A stretch of DNA of 64,000 nucleotides from Octopus vulgaris (Eukaryota). Both the position numbers and the translations under genes were made by a program. Of the stretch, positions 12,528 to 25,811 are shown one piece after another. The notes beneath the pieces were generated by a model. It worked only from the letters and a program-made list of their open reading frames with translations. It ran no database searches and had not been told where the DNA came from. The DNA is taken from assembly GCA_951406725.2 (NCBI GenBank), contig OX597833.1:16740001-16804000 (forward strand). Direction: 5' to 3'. Within the stretch, counting starts at the first letter, position 1. The number at the start of each line of letters is the position of its first letter.

Positions 12528-13940
12528 TATTTATGCATGTGGGTTTGCGTATCTGTATGTGTTTATACCTGTGTCTAGCTCTACCCGTTTATAAAATGTG
12601 TGTGGTATAAACGTGATCATGAGCATAATGGAGTAGCTTATTATAAACAGTTACATTGAATCAAAGCTACATCAAAGGGAAACACGAGATGAGATTGAAT
12701 TGAACGCGATATCCCTTACAGAAAATAAAAACAGAAATAGAAATAGAAATATAGAATATAAAAAATATAGGCATATATAGGCGCAGGAGTGGCTGTGTGG
12801 TAAGTAGCTTGCTAACCAGCCACATGGTTCCGGGTTCAGTCCCACTGCGTGGCATCTTGGGCAAGTGTCTTCTGCTATAGCCCCGGGCCGACTAATGCCT
12901 TGTGAGTGGATTTGGTAGACGGAAACTGAAAGAGGCCTGTTGTATATATGTATATATATATATGAATGTGTGTGTGTGTTTGTGTGTCTGTGTTTGTCCC
13001 CCTAGCATCGCTTGACAACCGATGCTGGTGTGTTTACGTCCCTGTCACTTAGCGGTTCGGCAAAAGAGACCGATAGAATAAGTACTGGGCTTACAAAGAA
13101 TAAGTCCCGGGGTCGATTTGCTCGACTAAAGGCGGTGCTCCAGCATGGCTGCAGTCAAATGACTGAAACAAGTAAAAGAGAGTAAAAAGAAAGAAGCATA
13201 TAGAATTAATCAATAAAATATAAAATAAACCAGAGATAATTATCAATGACTATTCTGCTATATGCAGCCATTGTTAACGTCAGCTATTCTGCCATGTTGA
13301 TTTTAATGCAATAATTGATCTCTGCTTTTATATTCTAGTTTTCGGAGTCCTCGTTTTAGTGACGTATCATGGCAAACACGTCATACTTTTGAGCTAATAG
13401 TCCCGTGAGACTTGCCTTGAGTTCACAGAACGTGACTCTCCCTTGGAAGGCTCCGATGATATCTGTTTATTTTGGGAAGCCAAATAAAATTATCTTTCTT
13501 TCGTTTTTGTTTTTGCTATTATTTCTTTCACGCTGTTTGAAAACTTGTTACGCACGGGTATGTTTCTTCGTAACATGAAACACTATATATTTATTTAAAG
13601 TTATATTTGAATGATCTCCGGTTTGTTTTTACACAGTTTGCAATCAATGGGTAATTAATCTGCCATGTGTTTTGTTATTTATAATTTTTTTTTTTTATGT
13701 TTTGTTTGCAAAGACGAAACAACTCATTTCGTGTTCCATAATTGGAAATAGTTCAGCGTTCGCTCGCAGATATCCGATGTTATTCTGTCTCCTTCGATTA
13801 ATGTTGCGACTAGTGTTAAATAAAACTGTGATAGAATCCATCGGAAAATTCAAAATAAACGGATTCAAATAAACGGGTATAGATAGACACAGGTATAAAC
13901 ACGTAGAGATACGCAAACCCCCATGCATAAATGTTTGTAT

Positions 13941-14002
<62 letters not shown>

Positions 14003-14318
14003 ATACGTGTGCGTGCTTTGGAGAGTGGTTCATTCTGCTAATAAAATCAGTTGCTAAGATATTCTTCCATTTTTTATAAATATTCCAATACATATCTGTT
14101 ATCTGTTCAGTGGAACTATACAAATGATACGTGCGTACATACATACAAACACACATAGATGCATGCATACATACATACATACATACATACATACATACAT
14201 ACATACATACATACATACACACATACATACATGGATACATATACTCCCGTATACTTATGTGTGCGTGTGTGTGTGTACATACATTTGCACATATATAGAA
14301 GAGGGTGTATGTATATGT

Positions 14319-14398
<80 letters not shown>
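12058..14398. repeat. Long inverted duplication: arms ~12058-12591 and ~13869-14398, spacer ~1.3 kb
   Basis: Unique segments such as gttccactgaacagataacagatatg and ttttattagcagaatgaaccactctc recur in reverse complement at ~14020-14118, with mirrored microsatellites. Confidence 0.9.
12780..13190 (+). mobile_element. SINE family A, full length (tRNA head, CORE-like ttgggcaag block, internal microsatellite)
   Basis: ggcgcaggagtggctgtgtggtaag (A box) ... gggttcagtccc (B-box-like) ... gactgaaacaagtaaaagag tail; more than 10 copies in window. Confidence 0.9.
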
Positions 14399-14493
14399 GT
14401 TAATCCAAACATGAAAGCATAAAAAAACACAACGCGAGGACGTGGAACAAATACAGTATCATTGGACGCTCAGGAAAGAAGGAAAGAAGGAGG

Positions 14494-14528
14494 ATTTAAC
14501 GTTTCGAGCGGAGCTCTTCGTCGGAAAC
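14494..14528 (-). ncRNA. Minimal hammerhead motif (CCGACGA core) in module 14399-14555 between (TA)n tracts
   Basis: Reverse strand: gttt-CCGACGA-a-gagc tcc gctc-GAAA-CG-T-T-aaat; palindromic ACGU stem III. Confidence 0.7.
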
Positions 14529-14546
14529 ATAGGAGGAAAGATCCAG

Positions 14547-14583
<37 letters not shown>

Positions 14584-15976
14584 CATGTTGAAATATAACA
14601 CACGAGTTGTTTTGTATAGGGAAAATAAGACAAGGTAGAAAATGCTAAAATTATTTTGTCATGAAAAACATTTTGTAACAAAGTTAACAGTTTCGGGGAG
14701 GAGTGAGGCGTTTACACCGACCTCAGTACACGACTGGTACAAATTTTATTGACTCTAGCAGCATTTGAACTTGGAATATAGACGAAAGAAATACCTGTAA
14801 GCATTATGTCTGGCACTATAGCAATCCTGCCAGCTGGTCTTAAAAGGGGTTCAGATATTAGTGTCACTTTTTGGCACAAGGCCGGCAATTTTGGGGTGAG
14901 GTAATATGATTACATCCACCTCAGTGCTTAACTGGTTATAATTTTATTGACTCTAGATGGGTGGAAGGTAAAGTCGACCCCCAGCAGCGTTTGAACTCAG
15001 AAGGTAAATGCGGACGAAATACCGCTAAGTATTTTCCCGGCAGGCAAACGATTCTGCCGGCTCGCCGCAATGAAACGGATCTAAATATTGGTTTCAGATT
15101 TTGGCATAAAGCCAGGAGTTCTGGGGAAGTGGAAGAAGGGGAGTCGATTACATCGACCCAGCGCTCAACTGGTGCTTAATTTATTGACTCCGAAACTATT
15201 ATTGACATCAGCTCTTCTGCCATGTTGTTTTTTCATGTAATAATTTATCTCAGCATTTATATTGTAGTTCTCGGAGTCCTCGTTGCAATTTGAAATCAGA
15301 TCGTAAAGACGGACGAAATGCCGCTAAGCATAAACGTCCGGCGTGCCTACGATTCTGCCAGCTCGCCGCTTTAAAACGGATTCAAATATTAATTACACAT
15401 TATATATCCTTTTCTACTGTAGAAGGCCCGAAATTTTGGGCGAGGGGGACAGTCGATTAGATCGACCCCAGTATGCAACTGGCACTTAATTTATCGACCC
15501 TGTGTGGACCCCAGTTGAGTGGATTGGAGAACCGTGAAATAAAGTGTCTTGCCCAAGGACACAACGCGACGCCTGTTTTCGAACCAATGACCTTGGGATT
15601 GTGAACCGATCACCTCTAACCACTAAGCCACTCAATACCAATGAAAACCACAACCAAAACCGCAACTTCAAAATAAAGCAGCAAAAGAAGACCAAATCCA
15701 GCGCCAACAACAACAACAACTAAACATACTGCCAGGAACTTCAGCCGAACTCCTCATCAACTTCATAGTTACATGGACGAGCAACAGCAATCTGATGCAA
15801 GGGGATTGCCTCACCATCCTCGTCGTTTTCTTTTGATCTAGTTTACTAATGTTTACTTATGTTTCAGCTTTTATTCTAATATTCTACACGCTGGATATTT
15901 ATATTTCAAAGTGTTTCCTATCATTGGGTTTTATGTAAACACCCACACTTTATGTCTGTCTTTGTATTCCTGTTCA

Positions 15977-16356
15977 GTGGAGGCGCAATGGCCCAGTGGT
16001 TAGGGCAGCGGACTCGCGGTCATAGGATCGCGGTTTCGATTCCCAGACCGGGCGTTGTGAGTGTTTATTGAGCGAAATCACCTAAACCTCCACGAGGTTC
16101 CGGCAGGGGATGGTGGTGATCCCTGCTGTACTCTTTCACCACAACTTTCTCTCACTCTTACTTCCTGTTTCTGTTGTACCTGTATTTCAAGGGGCCGGCC
16201 TTGTCACTCTCTGTGTCACGCTGAATCTCCCCGAGAACTACGTTAAGGGTACACGTGTCTGTGGAGTGCTCAGCCACTTACACGTTAATTTCACGAGTAG
16301 GCTGTTCCGTTGATTCGGATCAACCGGAACCCTCGTCGTCGTAACCGACGGAGTGC
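15977..16356 (+). mobile_element. SINE family B, tail type 2, full length
   Basis: gtggaggcgcaatggcccagtggttagg ... ggtttcgattccc ... cgtaaccgacggagtg; copies at 28612 and 42730. Confidence 0.9.
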
Positions 16357-16420
16357 TTCCACCATTCCCGTTCACACCCGGCGACCTAGTGCTAAATAAA
16401 ATCATTACATTTGTTATTAT

Positions 16421-17235
16421 TGGCGGTGAGCTGGCAGAATGGTTAGCACACCGGGCGAAATGCTTAGTTGTATTTTGTCTGTCTTTAGGTTCTGAGTTCA
16501 AATTCCACCGAGGTCGATTTTGTCTTTCATCCTTTTGGGGGTCGATAAAATAAGTACCAGTTGCGTATTGGGGTCGATCTAATCGACTAGCCCCCTCTCC
16601 CAAAATTCCGGGCCTTGTACCTTGAATAGAAAAGTATGTTCTGAGTTCAAATTCCGACAAGGTCAACTTTGCCTTTCAATCTTTCAGGGTCGATAAAATA
16701 AGTACCAGTTGCGTACTGGGGTACATCTAATTGACTTGCCCCCTCTCCCAAAATTTCGGGCCTTCTGCCTTGAATAGAAAAGTATATTCTGAGTTCAAAT
16801 TCCGACAAGGTCAACTTTGCCTTTCAACCTTTCGGAGTCGATAAATTAAGTACCAGTTGAGTACTGGGGTCGATCTAATCGACTAGCCCCCTCTCCCAAA
16901 ATTCCGGGCCTTGTGTCTTGAATAGAAAAGTATGTTCTGAGTTCAAATTCCGACAAGGTCAACTTTGCCATTCAGCCTTTCGGGGTCGATAAATTAAGTA
17001 CCAGTTACGCACTGGGGTCGATCTAATTGACTAGTCCCCTTTCTCAAAATTCCGGGCCTTGTGTCTTGAATAGAAAAGTATGTTCTGAGTTCAAATTCCG
17101 ACAAGGTCAACTTTGCCTTTCAACTTTTCGGGGTCAATAAATTAAGTACCAGTTACGCACTGGAGTCGATGTAATTGGCTAGCCCCCTCCCCAAAAATTC
17201 TAACCTTGTGCCTATCACAGAAACGATTATTATTG
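16421..17235 (+). repeat. Tandem array of SINE family D (Nin/Deu-like domain): one head plus 5 units of ~149 bp
   Basis: tctgagttcaaattcc recurs at ~16491, 16640, 16789, 16937, 17085; each unit has gcctttca.cctttcggggtcgataaa.taagtaccag. Confidence 0.9.
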
Positions 17236-17284
17236 TTATTGGCGCCGAGATGGTTGGAACAGTAAAAACGTATATATATATATA

Positions 17285-17373
<89 letters not shown>

Positions 17374-17937
17374 TGTGTATGTATGTGTATGTTTTCCGCA
17401 CCACCACTGTTTGACAACCGGTGCTGGTGTGTTTAGGTCCCTATTACTTAGCGTTTCGGCTAAAGGCAGCGATAGAGTAAGTACCAGGCTAAAAAAAAAA
17501 AGTTCTGAAGCCGATTGTTTCGACTAAAATTCTTTAAGGCGGTGCTCCAGGATGGCCGCAGTCTAATGAATGGAACAGGTAAAAAAAGATATAATTATTC
17601 CATGCTAAATTTAAATAGCTGTTTCTTTTTTTTTATTTTGATGTTTAATGACAACAAGTCTCCTCAAGGCTTAAGGATCTTTCATAGAATCCTTACAGAA
17701 TACAGGATTGCACTTTTCTGCAAATCAACTCGAAATATTTCTGTTCCGATATCCTTCAGTCTCTTAGGGAGTTGTTTGGGTCTTGTAAAATTGCACCTCA
17801 TCAGCTGTAGGGACCCACTGACCGCATGCTAGTCAAATCTATTTTTCATTGATATATATAGAGAAATAGTGACTATGCAGTCACCGTTATTACACAGGAT
17901 GGAGGGTTTAATTTATTTCTAGTAATTTATAGTTTTA

Positions 17938-18140
17938 TTACGGAGATGTACTTGCATAGCAAGTGACCTGATCTGAGATCGTGTGCTGGAACGAAAACAA
18001 TTGCAGCGTGGAAGGTGCTTGTAAGCCATTTAAGAAACACACAAAACCGCTAGATTCACTTCCACACTTAAATATCATTTGCCAAAATATTTTCGTTGTT
18101 TCGAGACAGCGACCTGTTCGCTGACAAAATTCCGTGCTGT
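17938..18140 (-). mobile_element. ~200-bp repeat family carrying a G3-C8 hammerhead-like motif (motif 18078-18128)
   Basis: Homologous to 21284-21490 and 57270-57490; reverse strand tttgtca-GCGAACA-g-gtcgc..acaac-GAAA-ATAT-T-T-tggcaaa. Confidence 0.7.
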
Positions 18141-18560
18141 TGTTATAGTATTATTGAATTTGAAACACAATTTATAGTGACATAGCTATTGTCAAGCATT
18201 TTGTCTGCGGAGTGAGACAACCGGGCGCAGCTGTTTGGACGCTGGAGGTTTGGCACGGCTGAATGGACACTCTGTTTGTGTTGGGGACAGTATTTTTGTC
18301 GCAAAAAGACAAGCACGCACACACACATACACAAACACACACAGATACACTTTTGCATGCAGTAATATACACATACAGATACAAAGAGAGAGACAGGGAG
18401 AGAGAGAGAGAGAGAGAGAGAGAGGACGGAGAGGGGGAAGAGAAAGAGATTACAGTTTGATAACTGAACACATGTCATAGACACGTTCCATCTCATACAA
18501 ATAAAGAAATATGCTCCTACACATACTGAGAAAGAGGGGTAGAGAAAGAGAGAAGGGAGA

Positions 18561-18832
18561 AAATCATTATCATCATTGTTCGACCGTGGTCGAGACAATG
18601 GAATTTACTATGCCACGCCAGACTTTACGGTCCATCATAGCATTACGGAGGTCCTGTTGCTGGATGCCTGTATCCCTGGAGATTACATCAGGGTAGGAGA
18701 GTGTGCGCCCTCTGGTATCGTGAGCAGATGGCTTCCAGAGGAGAAGAGTAGAAATTACCTCGTTTTCAGCTCTGCAACAATGTCCAGCAAACTGGACTCT
18801 TCTACCTTTCACAAGAGATGATACAGGTGGAG
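18561..18832 (-). mobile_element. RTE-clade LINE 3' end fragment
   Basis: Translation RRVQFAGHCCR...LLLWKP...YPDVISRDTG...AMMDRKVW...* resembles RTE ORF2 C-termini; followed by a (tga)n-like tail. Confidence 0.8.
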
Positions 18833-18874
18833 AGAGAGAGAGAGAGAGACAGAGAGAGAGAGACAAGGAGAAAT

Positions 18875-18913
<39 letters not shown>

Positions 18914-19330
18914 AGGAGAAATAGAAAGAGAGAGAGAGAAAGTGAGAGGGAGAGAGAATGACAAACAAACAGACAGACTGACAGATAGACAGAGAGAAAG
19001 AGCTGAGGGACGGAAGGAGGACGGGAGAAAAATTAAAACTAACGAAGTATTAAAAAACATCTGATATCAAATAAATCAGCGTCGAATTATCAACGCCAAG
19101 AAGACGGCGCCAAAACGTCTCATAACATTAGTCTGACACTCTAACATTTCTCTTACTCTACCTACGCTGTTAGATATTTAATTCTGCACCCGAGGAGTTC
19201 AAGAACTCGAACTTTTCTAATATTAAAACATCCTATTTCTATTTAAAATAAACCATGTGTTTTATACCTGTTTTTCACTGATTTATAAATGGGATACATT
19301 ATTTTTATCATGTATATATATATGTATATT

Positions 19331-19427
<97 letters not shown>

Positions 19428-19739
19428 GCCTTGAATCCGTTTCTATGTTAAAAATAATGTTGAATTTCGTTTAATTTTTTTTTCTCCTTGACCTGAAATA
19501 GTTTTGGCACCGATACGGAAACCTGGCGTGATGTAAGTTTATTATTAGAGACATGACCCCAGGATGACTAAGTTGGAAACTCTTCAAAGTAGTCTATCTC
19601 AAGGACGGATGTACGTGCCTTGCAAATCTAACTGATACAGATACACATACGTATAAAATATATAGCATATATACACACACACACACACGATAATATAAGT
19701 ATTGATATATATGTGATATGTATATATGCATATAAACAT

Positions 19740-19786
<47 letters not shown>

Positions 19787-19798
19787 CATACATACATA

Positions 19799-19857
<59 letters not shown>

Positions 19858-20487
19858 TGTATACATATATATTTATGTTCATATATACATACGTATATTA
19901 TCACATTTCCCGTTGTCTATATTTATGCTTTGGGGTATGTTATATGTAAACCCAACTGGGTTTTTTACAACAGAATTTCAAGCTATTTCACACGATTTCT
20001 GTTGCTATTTCTTTTTCTATTTTTGTTTTTGCCTTTTTTTTAGCTTTTATTCTTGTTTTTTTTTTTTTTTGAAATGTTATACTTATGTTTGTTGAAAATT
20101 TTTGAATATAGTGATAAATGACGAGATTACAGACCTGATTGCCTGTTTTATATCTCGGAGAGGAAGAATCTTTTGAAGAATCTTTTCCCAAATGGGAATG
20201 GAACATTTTATGAATGCTCTGAATGCTTCTAACTGTTTTATTAGGAGTAAGAATAATACAGAAACCAGACCGGATAAAAGCTTGTGTAGGAAATGAAATT
20301 CAGAGTATGAAAAAAGAAACTAAATCTAAAATAACGCAGAACTAACATTTATTCTTGAAGTTATAGAGACATTCCAAACGTAAGTGGTGTCCATGCATTA
20401 TTTGATGGGTATAAACCTCCAGGCCAAATTTGGACACAGTGTGAGACGACTGTTGTTATCGTTAGGCCCGACTCATCGTAAAGTCAA

Positions 20488-20905
20488 TACCTATTTCTTT
20501 ACTACCCACAGTGGGCTAGACACAGAGAGGACAAACAAGGACAGACACACGGATTAAGTCGATTATATCGACCCCAGTGCGTAACCGGTATTTAATTTAT
20601 CGACTCCGAAAGGAGGAAAGGCAAAGTCGACCTCGGCGGAATTTGAACTCAGAACGTAGCGGCAGACGAAATACCTATTTCTTTATTGCCCACAAGGGGT
20701 TAAACACAGAGAGGACAAACAAGGACAGACAAACGGATTAAGTCGATTATATCGACCCCAGTGCGTAACTGGTACTTTATTTATTGACCCCGAAAGGATG
20801 AAAGGCAAAGTCGACCTCGGCGGAATTTGAACTCAGAACGTAACGGCAGACGAAATACGGCTACGCATTTCACTGGCGTGCTAACGTTTCTGCCAGGTCG
20901 CCGCT
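20488..20905 (-). mobile_element. SINE family D dimer flanked by one target-site duplication
   Basis: tcgtaaagtcaatacc at 20476-20491 and 20907-20922; internal junction gacgaaat|acctatttc at ~20672. Confidence 0.85.
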
Positions 20906-21424
20906 TTCGTAAAGTCAATACCACCGTGACCGATATCCAAACTACAGTGGAGAAGGCTAGCCACTGGATTTGGTTAAAAAGGGACGATGAGCGATGGCTA
21001 GAAGTATATTGATCTTTATTTGATAACCAGTTGATCTAGCAAGCGGAGCCTCATATCAGTGAGGAGTGGTCGGTGTGCATTGATGCCGTCGACAGGTAGG
21101 CCCCGAAACGGCGCGCATTCTCTCCTGATGACCCCATACACTTGCTGGCTTCCGGTATGCGGAGTTTTTGACTTGTAGCACTTGCATGTGCAAGTTGTTT
21201 GCAAGACATCAAATACAGAATCTTCTCTGATCATTAAAAGCACCAATATATAGATATTCATTAATCATGAAATACTTCAAATATTACGGAGATGTACTTG
21301 CATAGCAAGTGACCTGATCTGAGATCGTGTTCTGGAACGAAAACAATTGCAGCGTGGAAGGTGTTTGTAAGCCATTTAAGAAACCCATAAAAACCGTTAG
21401 ATTCACTTCAACATTTAAATTTAA

Positions 21425-21476
21425 TTTGTCAAAATATTTTCGTTGCTTTGAGACCGCGACCTGTTCACTGACTAAA
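21425..21476 (-). ncRNA. Hammerhead-like motif with G3-C8 swapped core (GTGAACA)
   Basis: Reverse strand: ttagtca-GTGAACA-g-gtcgc ggtctcaaa gcaac-GAAA-ATAT-T-T-tgacaaa. Confidence 0.6.
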
Positions 21477-22491
21477 TTCTGTGCTGCACTGAACTTCAAA
21501 TATATTTTCTGTGAAAAGTACAAAAGAAAACCAAATATTGGGACTTGCTTGACAAGGACTTATCAAGGGATGACACGCGGTTTCGTTCCTTATTGAGGTC
21601 AGTTTCTTCAGCTTTCCAGCTAAATCGATACATTGTTAACTGCAGAAGATTGATCTGGAACACGAAAAAATTTAAGAAAGTCACCAAAGTCATATAGCAG
21701 CACAGAACAGTTCAGTGTTTTTGTGGTTTACAAGAAACTGCAGGTGGAACCCTTTCGCTGGCAAAGACTAATTCAGTCTTCAGTGCCCTGAACAGGCGAA
21801 GCGTACAGGCCCAGGGACAAACCGCTTGTGATCCTGAGATGTCTGTTGAAAATACAGAAATGATGTCAACAATGAGTTGGAGTAAGAAGACCTTGCGATA
21901 CCTCTGAGTAGCTACACAAGTTTCTGCGTTGGGCAGAGCACCTCCAATGTTTATTTCGCTTTATCCTACTGTCTTCTGTCTTTTAATTCTTTAGTTGCTT
22001 CAGTCCAGTTACGCACTGGGGTCGATGTAATCAACTTAATCCGTTTGTCTGTCCTTGTTTGTCCCCTCTATGTTTAACCCCTGTGGGCAATAAAAATTAT
22101 TTTTTTTAATTAAAAAAATAAAAATGTTATTAAACAGTGTTATTTTTGAAACTTCGACGCAAAGCCTATAATTTTAAGCATTTTGGGATAAGTCGATTAA
22201 AGCAACACCATTGTTCTTGTTCCTCAGCAGGTAATTTTTCTTATCAACCGCTGAAAGAGATGAAAGACAGAGTCGGCCTCGGCGGAATTTGAACCCGGAA
22301 CCTAATGCTTAGACGGAAGAAACGCTGTTAAGCATTTGTTCCGACGCACTAACGATACTAACAGCCCCCGCTACGTTAGTCAACCGTTTTATAACTATAC
22401 CAACAAGCACCTGAAATAGCTGCCATATTGAATGAATGTACTCGAAATGCAAGCAGACATAACAGCACTGCTATTTTCATCTTCAGACTAC

Positions 22492-22708
<217 letters not shown>

Positions 22709-23141
22709 CTGGAGTCATGGGTGCGCGCGGTACTAATTGGAGTGGAACAGCGGTACCTACCCGTGAAGTCACAGAAATATAATAATACAAGCCAATGAGA
22801 AGATGTCTATACGGAGCTTAAATGACTCTAGCAGATTAACTATCTTTGTAAAAGGCTATAGTTAGTTTCCATTGATCGTATCCTTTTTCATGTTGAACCT
22901 CTGCATTTGTCTCTCTCACACACACACACACAAATGTATATATATATGTATATATATCACTTCTCGTTCGTACCCTCTCAATCACCCTCTCTTACCCTGT
23001 CTCTCTCTGCCTGTTTGTCTTTGCCTCTCTATTAGTGATGAGTACTAATATGAATTACTAAGCTAATAGAATAAAAGTAACATCGTTGTCATTAGGAAAC
23101 CGGTGAATTGCTGTATTAATGAATTGCTGTATTAAGTTACA

Positions 23142-24485
23142 ACCTATTTCTTTATTACCTACAAGGGGCTAAACACAGAGGGGGACAAACAAGGACAGAC
23201 ATAGGTATTAAGTCGATTACATCGACCCCAGTGCGTAACTGGTACTTAATTTATCGACCCCGAAAGGGTGAAAGGCAAAGTCGACCTCGTCGGAATTTGA
23301 ACTCACAACGTAACGCAGACGAAATACCTATTTCTTTATTACCCACAAGGGGCTAAACACTGAGGGGACAAACAAGGACAGACATAGGTATTAAGTTGAT
23401 TACCTCGACCCCAGTGCGTAACTGGTACTTAATTTATCGACCCCGAAAAGATGAAAGGCAAAGTCGACCTCGGCGGAATTTGAACTCACAACGTAACGCA
23501 GACGAAATACCTATTTCTATTTCTTTATTACCCACAAGGGCTAAACACAGAGGGGACAAACGAGGACAGACATAGGTATTAAGTCGATTACATCGACCCC
23601 AGTGCGTAACTGATACTTAATTTATCGACCCCGAAAGGGTGAAAGGCAAAGTCGACCTCGTCGGAATTTGAACTCACAACGTAACGCAGACGAAATACCT
23701 ATTTCTTTATTACCCACAAGGGGCTAAACACAGAGAGGACAAACAAGGACAGACATAGGTATTAAGTCGATTACATCGACCCCAGTGCGTAACTGGTACT
23801 TAATTTATCGACCCCGAAAGGGTGAAAGGCAAAGTTGACCTCGGCGGAATTTGAACTCACAACGTAACGCAGACGAAATACCTATTTCTATTTCTTTATT
23901 ACCCACAAGGGGCTAAACACAGAGGGGACAAACGAGGACAGACATAGGTATTAAGTCGATTACATCGACCCCAGTGCGTAACTGATACTTAATTTATCGA
24001 CCCCGAAAGGGTGAAAGGCAAAGTCGACCTCGTCGGAATTTGAACTCACAACGTAACGCAGACGAAATACCTATTTCTTTATTACCCACAAGGGGCTAAA
24101 CACAGAGGGGACAAACAAGGACAGACATAGGTATTAAGTCGATTACATCGACCCCAGTGCGTAACTGGTACTTAATTTATCGACCCCGAATGATGAAAGG
24201 CAAAGTCGACCTCGGCGGAATTTGAACTCACAACGTAACGCAGACGAAATACCTATTTCTTTATTACCCACAAGGGGCTAAACACAGAGGGACAAACAAG
24301 GACAGACATAGGTATTAAGTCGATTACATCGACCCCAGTGCGTAACTGGTACTTAATTTATCGATCCCGAAAGGATGAAAGGCAAAGTCGACCTCGGCGG
24401 AATTTGAACTCACAACGCAACGCAGACGAAATACCGCTAAGCATTTCGCCCGGCGTGCTAACGTTTCTGCCAGCTCGCCACCTTA
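23142..24485 (-). repeat. SINE family D heptamer (7 units of ~184 bp plus one head) inside a 14-bp target-site duplication
   Basis: Units start ~23142, 23326, 23509, 23697, 23880, 24069, 24251; attaagttacaacc at 23131-23144 and 24487-24500. Confidence 0.92.
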
Positions 24486-25102
24486 AATTAAGTTACAACC
24501 GTCGCTGTTTTCACCGTGAAATCCAACCAGAATGGAGCTTGGTGTCAAATCTTCAAAAGCTTTAAATAAAATGTTTCAAACTTTTGGTTAATTGATTATA
24601 TTGGCTCCAGTGCTCAACTGATAGTTATTTTATCGATTTCTGAAGGATGAACGCGACAGAGTCGATCTCGGCGGCATTTGAACTCAGAACCCGAAGAGCA
24701 GAAAGAACAACAGCTAAGCATTTTGCCCGGCGCGGTAACGATTCTGCCAACTCGCTCTACATCATGTTAGTAGGTTTGTGAGGGCCATGCTGGAGCACCG
24801 CCTTAAGGGGTTAGTCGAAGAAATTGACCCCAGGACTTAGCCTTTGTAAGCTTAGAACTTATTCTATCGGTTTGTTTTAACGAACCGCTAAGTTACGGGT
24901 ACGTAAACACCCCAACATCGGTTATCAAGCGATAGAGGGCGGGTGGGGGTGGACAGACACACACATTTATATATACATGACAGGCTTCTTTCAGTTTCCG
25001 TCTCCCATATCCACTCACAAGGTTTTAGTCGGCCCGAGGCTATAGTACAAGACACTTGCCCAAAGTGAACCCGGAACCATGTGGTTAAGAAGCAATCTTA
25101 TA

Positions 25103-25140
<38 letters not shown>

Positions 25141-25658
25141 CATACATATATACAGACATACATATATACAGACATACATATATAAGCAAATATATTACAC
25201 ATACATATTCACACACACACACACAAACACACGCATATGTATATATAAAATACACGGCTCTATTTTGAGATTGCTAGTCTTAACAATACTCGCAAAAAAT
25301 ACACACTGGAGTTGTACTCCAAATGAGTTATATTTCACTTCTTAATTTGAACAGAGGCAATGCAAGCGGAAACTAGAGGAGCAGAATTAAGATCGACACT
25401 CGAAGATCAAACAGATACAGATATTCATATATTCTTCCACATTTATAACACGGATGTATAAATTCCAGATATAAAGATATGAAAATATATATAAGTAAAT
25501 TTAAGTCAGTGTTATACATAAAACATAAAACACAGTGAATTTACATTTTAAAAGTTATAAAATATTGGTAAAATTAAAAATTTGGGATGATGAAATATTA
25601 AAAGGACGTATTAAAAACCTCCGAAAAATAACACAGAAATAAAAAAAATTTCAGAGTT

Positions 25659-25741
25659 ACATCTACGGCCGTTTCAGAGACGTGCCAAGTAATATGATAT
25701 ATTTTATATTATCAAAACTGACACTCCTCTCATCAGGATGT
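25659..25741 (-). ncRNA. Hammerhead motif with canonical CTGATGA core and long stem II
   Basis: Reverse strand: acatc-CTGATGA-gaggagtgtca[...]tggcacgtctc-t-GAAA-CGGCCG-T-A-gatgt; palindromic stem III, GUA site. Confidence 0.75.
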
Positions 25742-25811
25742 TTTTTATACACACTATACAAAAACAAATACAAAAATACTAATATACAATTATATATATA
25801 TATATATATAT

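Noticed and set aside
13271-15285. ~85-bp diverged direct repeat (13271-13355 and 15200-15285)
   Set aside because: Real similarity but no termini or structure to assign; likely an old local duplication.
19186-19216. CCGAGGA-gttcaagaactc-GAAC motif
   Set aside because: Stem III and the 3' strand of stem I are missing; probably a deleted relative of the 1070 module but not supportable.
21099-21136. GAAA...CTGATGA arrangement resembling a type II hammerhead
   Set aside because: Putative stem II strands (cccc and cccc) cannot pair and stems I/III are unconvincing.
23142-24485. CRISPR-like regular array
   Set aside because: Whole units repeat with no unique spacers, no cas genes, eukaryotic SINE sequence.
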